Positions 52,047 to 64,000 of a stretch of DNA of 64,000 nucleotides are shown one piece after another. The stretch covers positions 19,468,001 to 19,532,000 of the forward strand of contig CM120645.1 in assembly GCA_051362555.1 (NCBI GenBank), in the 5' to 3' direction. The DNA is from Lingula anatina (Eukaryota; Animalia; Brachiopoda). Made by a program: the position numbers and the translations under genes. The notes beneath the pieces were generated by a model, which worked only from the letters and a program-made list of their open reading frames with translations, was not told the DNA's origin and made no database searches. How positions within the stretch are numbered: the first letter of the stretch is position 1; the number at the start of each line of letters is the position of its first letter.

Positions 52047-55000
52047 AGTTAAACAGTTTTTTGTGAAAATTTAATTTTTCACATATTGGCATTTTCAAGG
52101 TGTGACTTTAAAGTTCCATGATCTTGAAGACTTTTGCTTGTCACATTTTCTGAATGTCCATGTTACTAATATTTTATTAATAACATTTGATTGTCATTAT
52201 GCTGTTAAACATTATTTAATGTTGTATCAAAATTTGAAGAAACCCCAATTTTGGGCACTGCTCCTATGATGACCATTTAAGGGAAATCATGTCACTTACT
52301 GTTCTCAAACTTATAGGAAAGAAACATGGGACTAAAATACAGCTTCAATAGGCAACGCAGTCTGTTTGGTAAATTTTTCTGGCAATTTAACAGTTTTTTG
52401 TGAAAATTTAATTTTTCACTTATTTTTTCACTTTTCAGCATATATGCAACCCTGTAAACACATTTTAAGGAAAACTGTTAGGCCAATTGTCATTAAACTC
52501 ACAGGAGTGGTCAATCTTACTAAAACGCAGGTTGAGTTCGAAAATCAGCATAATCGGGCCATTATTTTATAAGTTGTGCTGTTTTTTCACATTTCCTCAG
52601 ATTCAGTTCTTAGGCATGTTAACAGTCTTATTATTTAACTAATAAGATACGTAAAAGTGTTTGTCAGTAGCCTATTTTGTGCATAGTTATTTCCTGTTTT
52701 TTGTCTGTACATTTGACAGCTTTGCTGCCTTGTTGTTATTTGCCGTAATAGTAGTTTGGTAGTAGTAGTAGTGGTAGTGGTAGTGGTGGTGGTGGTAGTG
52801 GTAGTGGTAGTGGCAGCAGCAGTTTTATTAGTAGTAACAGTACAGTACCAGTACATGTAGAAGTAGAAGCTTTCTCACAGAATTACAAGTACAACGAGTG
52901 TTAGGCCCTCTTATGCAAAATAGATGAATAAAAGAAGATTCTTGAATAATATCCTGGAAATTTCACCAATTTTCCTTTCATCACAAAGGCATACCCTATT
53001 CATTTTTTTTACTTACCAGTTTAGAAATTAAACCCAGCAGGCCTTGCGATATTTATAATGCACCTGTCAAGAGAACTTGAAATGACTGTAACATGATATT
53101 TTCTAGGCTCACACTGTAATTGATTTTTTCTTTTCTGTGTGTTACAATGGAAGATAAACTGCACATAACAGTTAATTTTTTCATTTCCTCATTATGTTTC
53201 CTCCATACTGTTTCACAGAGCTTGAAGTGAGAGACAGCTGGCATTCTGAGGGTGCCTTGCTGGCAAAAGGGTCGCCATACTCAGTTCGTCATCTTCACAT
53301 GCCATCTACAGGTTGGTCCCAAGATGATGGAGTCTTTCTCAGGTTGACCGGAAGACTAACTAAATCATGTTCCAGAAGTAAATTTGTCTTTGCATATGCT
53401 CCCACAGGTTCAAGCAGATGTAAGTTTGTTTGATAATTAAGATAAATTTATTTTTAATATGGCTTTTGAGAAAAGAAAGATGGACAGACGGCCAGATAAT
53501 ATCAGAGAGAATGTTCTACCTTTGATCAGTTAAGTTACCCTCTAATATCAGGGTCTTCTTAAATAGTATACAGAATTAAAGTAAAGGCCCTGTGGGAATT
53601 TATCCAATTAGCTTATATGTTGTTAAGTAACTACCCCACCCCTACCTGCCCTTAACACTGGCTCAGCAGCAGAGGAGGAAATTGTGGAGTTGGATGTAGT
53701 CACTTTGCTGGGAGTCTGGGAGTACATCAGAGGCCATGCTTAACTTGCATTACGTAACATAAACAGGGATGTGCGCCACTCAGCACCATGATGTGAAATT
53801 GCCCCAACAGACAAATACAAAGGGTGTGTTTGGTGAGGAACACGTTCCAGTTGCTCAAATCCCACAGGGTCAGATACAATAATTCTGTTACAGACTACTA
53901 GTGGGCCCTTAGATCAGAGGGAATGGTTAAGTATACAACTAAAGGGATAAGGCCTTTTCACTCATCAAATGTGAGGTCTAATATTTTGGGTCCTTATTGC
54001 GATGTATTTGAGAGGCGAATAGACATTTTCACAGTTGATATCCCTTTACGGAATTGGTGAGAACCAGCTTCTTTATTTTCAAAAATCTGTACATGCTTGC
54101 TTGTCAAGTGTAAACTTGAGGGTTGTTTGATTGAAAGCCTCAGACCTCATAAAAATAATTGCTGTGTGCTACAATGAGCCTTAGACCCCATTCCCATAGA
54201 TTTTAGATCGATCTATCCTTGTGGGTAGTCTCACTAGATTACTGTCAGCTTAGCTGGCTTAAGCGTCTGTCCCGCCTACTAAAAGCTGTAAGGGGGTAAT
54301 TAACTATGGTGCGCGCTTGGCTGACTGCAATTTAGCGTGAACCCCCAGGGAGTTAGGTCGATCTAAATCTTAATCTCTGGATCAATCTAAATCTCTGGGA
54401 ATGCAACTTAAAGTAATCAGTTGGGAGCATGAATGCCTAAATTAATCACTCCGAGCCACCAATTAAGTACCACTACCTAATATATGGAAACACAAACACA
54501 GGGTCAGAGATCTGAGGCTCTCGGAGTTCACAAATGCCTAATCTGTTTATACAGCATGTCACTGCACCAATCAAGTGAACCATTTACAAGTGTTATATAC
54601 ATGGCAGTCCCCATTTACTTTTAAGTTAAAATTAAAATTGCGAAATCAAGGTGACTGGACGTATGATTGTGATTTCAATAACAATGGGATTGTGGGCATG
54701 TGCGCACACACACACATAACTAAGGCAACATTTTTTAAGGAAAATTATTAATTCAAATTCTTTAAATTTAGAGTAGCCATATTTAATGCTTATTTTCAAG
54801 CCTTGCCTATTTCTATTAGACATGTTTTTTTCCAGTATTTTTTTGTAGTTTTTTGGATAGCTATTATTTCTGCGAGAAACAAAAGCACTGTGTTCCAGAG
54901 CATTTAAAGTGTGATGGCTATGACCACTGTGGTGACGGGGAAGATGAAGGAACCTATGCTTGCTCAGGTAATTGTAAAATAACAGTGTTACCTGGTGCCT

Positions 55001-58000
55001 GCAGTTAGCATGATCAGTTACTTATTACAGACAAGACATACCAAAGTCTCTGTTACACCCAGTACGCTGCCATGGTATCTTATATGCTGACATTAACAGA
55101 CCCATCTCTTACAAACTGTCATCCCTAACACATTAACACCAACGCTGTCAGACCTAACACACTGACATTAATATTGTCATCTTTTAAACAATGACATCAA
55201 CACTGACATCCTTAACACACTGACATCAACACTGACATCATCACTGTCATCCTTAATACACTGACATCATCACTGTCATCCTTAACACACTGACATCAAC
55301 AATGTCATCTTAATACACTGACATCAACACTGACATCCTTTATACACTGACATCAACACTGACATCCTTAACACACTGACATCAACACTGTCATCCTTAA
55401 TACACTGACATCAACACTGTCATACTTAATACACTAACGTCAACACTGTCATCCTTAACACACTGACATCAACAATGTCATCTTAATACACTGACATCAA
55501 TACTGACATCCTTAATACACTGACATCAACACTGACATCCTTAACACACTGACATCAACACTGACATCCTTAACACACTGACATTAACACTGAAATCCTT
55601 AACACACTGACATCAACACTGAAATCCTTAACACACTGACATCAATACTGACATCCTTAACACACTTACATCAACACTGACATCCTTACCACACTGACAT
55701 CAATACTGACATCCTTAACACACTGACATCCTTAACACTCTGACATCAACACTGTCATACTTAATACACTGACATCAACACTGTCATCCTTAATACACTG
55801 ACATCAACACTGACATCCTTTAAACACTGACATCAACACTGACATCCTTAATACTCTGACATCAACACTGTCATACTTAATACACTGACATCAACACTGA
55901 CATCCTTAACTCACTAACATCAACACTGACATCCACACTGTCATCCTTAACACACTGACATCAACACTAACATCCTTAACACACTGACATCAACACTGAC
56001 ATCCTTAACACACTGACATCAACACTGACATCCTTAACACACAGACATCAACACTGACATCCTTAACACATTGACATCAACACTGACATCCTTAATACAC
56101 TGACATCAACACTGACATCCTTAACACACTGACATCAACACTGACATCCTTAATACTCTGACATCAACACTGACATCCTTAACACACTAACATCAACACT
56201 GACATCCTTAACACACTGACATCAACAATGACATCGTTAACACACTGACATTAACACTGACATCCTTAACACACTGACATCAACACTGACATCCTTAACA
56301 CACAGACATCAACACTGACATCCTTAACACACAGACATCAACACTGACATCCTTAACACACTGACATCAACACTGACATCCTTAACACACAGACATCAAC
56401 ACTGACATCCTTAACACACTGACATCAACACTGACATCCTTAACACACTGACATCAACACTGAAATCCTTAACACACTAACATCAACACTGAAATCCTTA
56501 ACACACTGACATCCTTAACACACTGACATCAACACTGACATCCTTAACACACTTACATCAACACTGACATCCTTAACACACTTACATTTACACTGACATC
56601 CTTAACACTGACATTAACACTGACATCCTTAACACACTGACATCAACACTGACATCCTTAACACACTGACATTAACACTGACATCCTTAACATACTGACA
56701 TCAATACTGACATCCTTAACACACTTACATCAACACTGTCATCTTTAACACATGACATCAACACATTCATAGCTTCTTTCTTCACATCATCAAAAATTTG
56801 ACCAGATGTTAATTTATGAAGCTTTCCTATTCACACATGTGGTCGATAAAGCATTTGGAATACCTGTGTCTGTGCTTATTTTAGGCATTACAACAACAAC
56901 AGAGAAAAGCTGTCCTCTGGCATATTACAAATGTGCAGATGGCTCCTGTAAATTTTTTTCTTCTGACTGCAAGGAGAATCAGCGTAGTTGTAAGTATGCT
57001 AAAATGTTTTCAGACTAAAGAGCATTCAATTATAGCCAAGGAAAAATTAAAACAGCAAAAAAATATTATTAAAATTTTGTGTGGGGATCCAGTTGAAATT
57101 GCAGTCACTACTTTCTCTCCTGAGTGATTGTCTTTCTTGAAAATTTCAAGATCTTTTTGAGATGTATTGTGCATTGTCAAACAGATTTAAAGACAGTAAT
57201 GAATTTCTTGTAAAGTCTTTTCCTCAAATATTACACCTACATGTATTTCATAAGTGACAGAATTTAAGTTAACACATGAATAAGGAATCAATACAATGTT
57301 TTCTCTCTTATGTTCAAAGGTGTCTTGGAGCACTCTGTGGAATATGAATCAGTTATCTTTGAAAAAAAGATATTTTTTGTGTGTAACAAATTTTAGCTGT
57401 TTTGTGTGACATTTAGTTGGTACATATATGCACACTATACTAGATATCTTTAAGGAAATGTGGCTTACAAACCTGACTAATATTTTATTTTTAGGTCCGT
57501 ATGGGGAACATCTTTGCAGCGATGGAAGTTGTAGGTCCTTTGCCTCACAATGTTCAGGTTAGTTTTAATTTCATGCTAATTAGAATAAAACATTGCTGAG
57601 TATTTTTTAATCTTTGAATCTTTGAATCATTGACGATGTCTTTGTATAAATGTTTTTAGTAAAATATGACATCTGTTGATATAATATACCATTAATACAC
57701 AATGCTTTCCACAGGTAAAAACACTTTTATAATTTTTTTTTTAACTTTTCAATCCAAGACACGGAGGGGTTTTATATTTCTGCACAATTACATTTGGACA
57801 AGATTTTAGATATATAATAAAATAATTCACTATTTATTTAAAATAATTTATTTTTCATTGTCTAATTCAAAGTAAACAATACTCACAGGTCACTCAAGAT
57901 CAAGATGTCTATTTATTTGCAAAATATGTTTTATTTTAACTTGAATCATTCAAGAAAAAATTGCTCTAAGTTTAAAGCAAAATATTAAAATTTTTGCTTG

Positions 58001-59929
58001 CCAAATATGATGTTATCACGTACAGTTTTCAAGATAGGTCCCTGTGAATAGAGAATAAATCCAAAATTGAAGTGACTGAACAGGACGTTTCAGAGAAATT
58101 TAAAAAGTTGTAATTAACCTCAATAAATGTGATGATCTATATGAACTCCTTAATTATTTTGACCTTATTTAATTAAAACATGACAAAAATACAGAGATTT
58201 ATGGAATTTGAAAATTTTGGTCAGTGCTAGCAGATTTTGGTGAGTGCCACCCATGAGACTGCCATTTTGTTGGTAAAATGGAATTTATTATATTTCCATG
58301 TGTTGTTAACAATGTATTTCTTGTGGGATTTTGAATCTTTTATCAAGAGTTGTTATCCCTTTAACATTATTTTTGTTTCAAACAATAAAGTTCTCTTAAT
58401 TATTATAATGGTAATAATGTTGCATGGATGACAAGCAAATAAACAATGTTATTGTTTCACAGACTACGAATCATATGAAAGTGATGATAGGACATGGGTT
58501 GCCTGGGCCGTCGGGATACCTGCCGTATTGATTTCTATTATGATTATCATATGCAAACAATGTATGAAACAGTCTAGGCGTCAGCCAAGTAAGCCTATGC
58601 CTTTTTTTTTTTTTTGTATTTATATTTTAATTTTTTGTTAACAAAAGTTTGGGGCTGTTTTGAATATTAGTCAAATTACAGTGCTGCTAATAACCCGCAC
58701 GAAAATGCAGTAGTATTGAAGTAGCAAAGAAGCATTAACGCAGTAGTGGTGTGGAGCATATTGACAGTAGAAATGCAGCATAGCCTACTGCAATTCTACT
58801 TCAAAAATTACATAGGGTTGTACAGAGGAGGAGCATTAATGCAGTAGATTAGCAGCATGATAGAAGCATGTTTCAAATATGCTAATTACAGAGCCGTAGC
58901 CTGAGCAAAATGCCAGGGGGGGGGGGCAGTAAGCGGACACAAAGGGGCGAAGCTACCGAGGGGGGTGGGTGTGGTGTGTAAAATTCCAAATTCCAGGGGG
59001 GGCAGCTGCCCCCCGGAGGCTACGGCCCTGAATTAGCTCCCACATCGAAGCAGATTTGAAGCATGTTTGCAGTTATGATTGCAGTAGTCTACTGCGCTGG
59101 AGTATCTACTTCGTTTTCGTGCGGGAAATGTCTTAATGGCAGTATTCCAGTGATAGAAATAGAGGAAAAAAAGTTGTGATGTGATGTATGTGTTGTGGTG
59201 GCGGTGGTGGTGGGGGGGGGGGAAGATTTATTCTCATTACATCATCTGTATAAATAGCATGTTTTAAGTTAAGCCAGATATAATGATAATTATTTATTTA
59301 AAAATGCAAAAGACGGAGCTTTGAATTGTATTGTGTAAATGTAACAGTGGGAGTAAAGATCCTTACTTTCTGAATTCTGTCCTGAGAAATACCAATCACT
59401 AATTTCAGCATACAGCACCCAGATGCAGCCAATATCAGCAGGACCAGCAGCTACCACAGATATGAGCTATATGAGGGCAAGTGGGGATGGACCAGGAGGG
59501 CGCTTATTGTCAGACTATCATGGTACCTCTCGGCCCAGTCCCTTTGTCACCCCAAATGCCAGCCCTAATTTTACACCAAGACACAGTGGTGTCCTGACAG
59601 ACATGCCTGATCCCAATGCCCCGCCCACCTATTCTAGTCTCGAAACAGACCCCACTCCATCTGTGCCGCACCCAGAACCTACTGCACCAGTCTATGACAA
59701 TAATCTCCAACCAGGACTTCAGCCTCCTTTGCCAGGTTTCAGAGATGGGTTGTCTTCATCAGCATCGCCACCTAGTGATGATTTTGTACCGCCACCACTA
59801 CTACCGCCATCTTCAGCGCCCACTAGCGATGATTCTCTACCTCCGCCACCATCTTATGATGATGTTGTACAAGCTGGATCAAACTTCAGTGTTCATGGTG
59901 TGGGAAATGATTCTGAGAGAGATGTATGA
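46540..59929 (+). CDS. Type I membrane protein: signal peptide, two CUB-like domains, LDLa, two short Cys repeats, TM, Pro-rich tail with PPxY motifs
   Basis: Frame-consistent exons: 46540-46559 (MYGGVK, tentative), 47479-47746 (signal IWALWILFIIQL; CUB motif SGYIKSPNFP), 48345-48510 (STGNIVTVKY), 49564-49599, 49946-50167 (DCAWSF), 53219-53419, 54836-54967 (LDLa CVPEHLKCDGYDHCGDGEDE), 56885-56989, 57495-57557, 58463-58588 (TM WVAWAVGIPAVLISIMIIIC), 59409-59929 (PPTY, PPSY, TGA). Confidence 0.85.
50186..52735 (+). mobile_element. Non-autonomous Helentron/HINE-like element with (GTCGCC)n microsatellite and 161-bp tandem array
   Basis: 5' palindrome ATGTACAGACAC..GTGTCTGTACAT; microsatellite; CCGATAACACGATAAGTGG repeating at 161-bp spacing; 5' part duplicated at ~50571; 3' TGTCTGTACAT plus hairpin GACAGCTTTGCTGCC at ~52702-52730. 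Confidence 0.75.
53586..53871. mobile_element. Possible MITE
   Basis: Short imperfect TIRs GGCCCTGTGGGAATTT / AAATCCCACAGGGTC. Confidence 0.45.
54184..54407 (+). mobile_element. Tourist/PIF-Harbinger-like MITE, family A copy 2
   Basis: Near-identical to 3530-3744; TTA on both flanks. Confidence 0.88.
55130..56765. repeat. ~29-bp minisatellite (12+17 composite unit), ~1.6 kb
   Basis: Unit ACACTGACATCA-ACACTGACATCCTTAAC fills most of the intron after the LDLa exon. Confidence 0.96.
58694..59125. mobile_element. MITE carrying a nested second MITE (58889-59030)
   Basis: Outer TIR CCCGCACGAAAA / TTTTCGTGCGGG; inner TIR CAGAGCCGTAGCC / GGCTACGGCCCTG, flanked by an AATTA duplication. Confidence 0.78.
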
Positions 59930-61314
59930 GGTTTATATAGTTGGCAAATTTGATATGTACAATCTTTTTAAGTAAGCTCATATTAAAAATCATTGTATGT
60001 AGTATTATATTTAATGTGTGTGTGTAATAGTGCATGTATATGTAAATATGAGAGAGAGAGAGAGGGGGTAAAAAATGAGGGTGAGTATTTGTGTGGCAGT
60101 TTCCCACTGCCTTACCTTTTTAGATCATAGTCAATATTGTTCCCAAGGAATGTTTTAGACAGTACTGTACATGGTGTAGTTGCAGTTCAGTACCAATATA
60201 GTAATACTGGTTTGGAAAAAATTAGTACTGCCCCTGAAAGGTATCCTCCAGCACCAGGGACAAGCACTTGACCAAAAGAGAAAAAAATGTTGTCAATACT
60301 TTAAGTTGGTGATATTGTTGAGGCCATTTGTACTTTGGGACATTTATTTCACATTCTAGTGGCTAGGAGGCCAAATTTAAGGGTGCTGGGCAAACAGTGC
60401 AGTGCTCTACAAGTATAGTTATTGATAACCAGAGCAACAGTTTCTGTCAAAACTGAAATTGAAAATAATCTGCATTCATGGTACCTGGGGGAGGTGGGGG
60501 GGGGGGGGGGGGGGGAGGGGAGGGGGGGAGGGAGAGGATAGATGTTTGTGCCAAACACTGTATGTATGTATGTATGTATGTATATTATTATATAGACTAA
60601 TTGGTATGTAACAACGCTGGTTGTTTATGTTATAAACTTATGTGTCTTGATGTCACTTTTTGTCACTTTTACGGTTACCGTAACTAAATTTTTATACTAT
60701 ACCTATATGTTTTGAAAAGTCTTGCAAGCAATGCTGTGGCATAATATTTATAATTAACCAGCTCTAGTTTTATATAGTTTTAGATATTGTACTTAAAATG
60801 TGATATGTATCACCGAGCATTGCATGGTCTTTGAGTTTATGCCATTATAATTAGGGTATTTGCATTGCTATTTTATTTTATTTATTTACTTTACTGTACT
60901 CCAGTTGTTTACCAAGCCGGAGTTATCATTTGGTAAAGTCATTGATTTTAACAATAGTGATTATTTAAACCATATTGTATTTTACACCAAAAAATCAAAT
61001 AATAGTTGTAACTTGTAATTGATATTTTCAGAATGCATGTGACTGGATTTCATGTACAATTTAAGAATTTAAACTACTTCATCTCATAGCCATAATCTGT
61101 AAGTTCTTAAACTTTTAGTTCCACTTATATGCAAGGTGAGACTGATGGTCTGAGTTAGTCAGTTTGATATAAATTCACACTCATAAACTCACACACACAT
61201 GCATTGCTTTAGAATGTGATGTTACCAACGACATGCATTATACCAACTGCAAAGAAAAATTTATACTTTGATATATGCTTCATGATCATAATCTTAGTCT
61301 TAATCTTAATCTTA

Positions 61315-61529
61315 GACTGCATTCCCACAGATTTAGATCGATCCATCTGGATCGACCTAACTCCCTGGGGGTTCATGCTAAATTGCTGTTAGCCGAGCGC
61401 ACCCGGAAGTTAATTACCCCCTTACAGCTTTTAGTAGGCAGGACAGACATTTAAGCTGGCTAAGCTGACAGCAATCTAGTGAGACTCCCCACGGGGATTG
61501 ATCGATTTAAAATCTGTGGGAATGCAGTC
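61315..61529 (-). mobile_element. Tourist/PIF-Harbinger-like MITE, family A copy 3 (inverted)
   Basis: Perfect TIR GACTGCATTCCCACAGATTT; TTA on both flanks; the interior is the reverse complement of copies 1 and 2. Confidence 0.9.
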
Positions 61530-62528
61530 TTAGGGTAACATATCATCGAAACTGTTCCCAGACCAGAATCTTAATCTCAGGGTAGGTTACTTTTGATTCC
61601 ATGAATTTTACACATGCAGAACAATGTTTTATGTTACAATCATGTTTAAAGTAGTTTTAGAAACTGGCACCAGATCTTGTGTCTATTTTGTACATGTATT
61701 GTTTACAAACTGCCACTAACTTTTGATAATGGTCTTATTGGTTGATTACTATTGTGTGGCCTATAGGCACAGGAGGTTCTGGGGGGGGGGGGGGGGCGGG
61801 ATTGAAGGTGATATTTCAATACAATTCAACAGTCCTTTTGAAACTTCAAAAGTGTCTACTACAAGCCAGTTTACTAAATCTTAATTTCAAGACCTTAAAA
61901 TGTACAAATAGATCAATTGTATTTCATGGCATTTCATATATTTTGATGAGGCAGTATTATGTGCGCCGTTGAGAACAGCTTTTACCCAAGGTGACGCACA
62001 AAGTGCAGCTGATTTACCAGAGGTTTTTGCATACTGTATACTTTACCAGCACATCTTAATGTGTAGATTGCATTATCTCACGCTGAAACTATACCCTCTA
62101 CCTGGGCCACAGATTAATTATGTGCACTTTTCTCCAATGCATCAGTGGAGAAATGTGCCATGAATAACCCGGGGAAATATCTGTGAATATTTAATGAAAA
62201 ATCAATATGTGGCCCTGGTAGAGGGTACTGAAACGATATTGAAATTTATTTTAAGTAAGCATTTTAAGTAAACATTTTGATTTAAGTCAACCTGGTTTCC
62301 TACCAGTAACTTTTACATGTACCTTCTATTGTTTTGTACATTGTACACATTTTTATATATATACGAGTAATACGACTGTTTATAGCACCAATGTAAATTG
62401 ATGAAATATAATTGGAAACTGTCAGTGTAATGTATGCTATTAAAATATGCACCATTTATCAGTAATTTGAATACATGTTTCCTAATGATTTTTAATATAT
62501 ATGAACAAACTTATAAATAAGTGTTATA

Positions 62529-62534
62529 AATAAA
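62529..62534 (+). terminator. Candidate polyadenylation signal of the CUB-LDLa gene
   Basis: AATAAA followed by a GT/T-rich tract (TTGTCAGTCTTGTTTTG) at the boundary where CpG-rich DNA begins. Confidence 0.45.
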
Positions 62535-62648
62535 TGTATAATTGTCAGTCTTGTTTTGATGGACAGGTAAACGAACTCAGATTACGCTATACACAATACG
62601 TAGCGCCAAGAGATAAATAAATATGAATTATGTTAAATTGAGTAACAG

Positions 62649-62794
62649 GGCTCCGTATCTCGAAAGGTTCGCTATGTTGCGTACCTGCGCAAGTGTCTCG
62701 ATTCCATGACCGATTCTATTTCGAGATACGGGGCCATGGAATCGAGACACTTGCGCACGTACGCAACATAGCGAACCTTTCGAGATACGGAGCC
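62649..62794. mobile_element. Palindromic MITE with ~60-bp arms and CAG flanks
   Basis: GGCTCCGTATCTCGAAAGGTTCGCTATGTTGCGTAC... with a near-perfect reverse complement ending ...CGAGATACGGAGCC. Confidence 0.8.
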
Positions 62795-64000
62795 CAGATT
62801 TGCTGCAAACGACTTTATCAGACATTATTTAATCAAGCCAACATGAAGCATTCGGTTGAAGAGTTATATTTGCTTTTGCCAAAAATGTGCTCGGAAAAAG
62901 GGAAAGGGATTTATCAAAAATTTTAATAGAATGCAGTAAGACTCACTGACATTTTTTTCGTTTTGTCGACATAATAAAAAGAGGAAAAAGCAAAAAAAAA
63001 AAAAAAAAAAAAAAAAAACTCCAAGGTCATTAAATTTTTTTATTAGTGGCGGCATTTGCTTTGGAAAAAAAATCTGTCATACGATTATTGATATTTTGGT
63101 GTAAGACTAAAATACTAGTGCAACGAGCGTAACGAGACGAAACAAAGTGGCTTTAAAGTTTTTCAGCCGTATGCCCTAATACTACGATACCCCCCTTCCC
63201 CGTCTGTCACGGTCTAGGTTACTATTTTATAGTACTGTCCTTGTGACCCCACCTCCTCTGTGACCCCATCTTCCTCGTGAACCCCACCTTCGAAAAGACT
63301 TGTCCGCTTTTGGTACATGTACCGGTGTGACAAGAATGGAAGTCCAAGGAATGAAAGTCCGGGCTCCCATAAAATGAGTACAGGTTAGGGTTATTTGGAG
63401 TATTGGGGTTAGTAAATTGAACGAACGTCACCTGTACAAAGTAATCGGAAGCGGACTACGTTTCCTAGCGGACTTCCATTCCTGTTACACTGGTATCACG
63501 GAAAAGGACGCACATGATATTTCAAACTGCAGTGTTCAAACTTTACAGAATCAATGAGATAGATAGTATTTATTGCAGAGGACAGGATTGAGGTCCTTAA
63601 TTGGATATGTTTACAATAAATGTTATAGTGAATAGAGTTCTTGTGAATACATAGATCATAATGAATATTGCAAGACGTTAGATGGCGAAGTTCTTGAAGT
63701 ATATACAGTAGAAAATGTGTGGTGTTTTCAAACTTGTGCATTGTTATCGTATTTAAAACGATAAACATACTCAATATTAATGAATGAGATTAATTATATG
63801 TACATGAGACTCGTGTGACAAGTACTGTAAGTTGACGTAATGTTTAATTAACAAACTCTTGAGACAGTGACACACCAATCCTAATGACAATCACAAAAAA
63901 AACATAGTAAATACTAAATGCTCTATTTACACGTTAATAAACTTCGGGCTTTTTAAAATACAAGTGTGCACCGACGGCACACCAGCCTGTTTGTAATTTT

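Noticed and set aside
55130-56765. Long 29-bp array as a CRISPR or coding repeat
   Set aside because: No spacers; it lies wholly within a GT-AG intron between frame-compatible exons.

Overview
AT-rich, intron-rich invertebrate genomic DNA (lophotrochozoan-like; taxon is inferred, not determined). Three protein-coding genes were reconstructed by hand from GT-AG junctions with continuous reading frame. (1) A 5'-truncated voltage-gated calcium channel alpha2delta subunit (CACNA2D family) on + from 2091 to 28442. (2) An intronless class A peptide GPCR on - at 40464-41771. (3) A type I membrane protein on + at ~46540-59929 with two CUB-like domains, an LDLa module, a TM helix and PPxY motifs. Introns and intergenic DNA hold MITEs, two Helentron/HINE-like elements, a decayed Tc1/mariner and minisatellites. 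The main discovery is in the alpha2delta gene: four homologous 84-nt phase-0 exons (A 7845-7928, B 8924-9007, C 10273-10356, D 12795-12878) that look like a mutually exclusive exon cluster. They encode the segment that follows the VWA domain and carries the Y-x-D part of the amino-acid/gabapentinoid pocket. The surrounding introns contain long-range complementary segments arranged like a bidirectional docking-site/selector system that could select each exon. All pairings were found by eye and have not been tested statistically.
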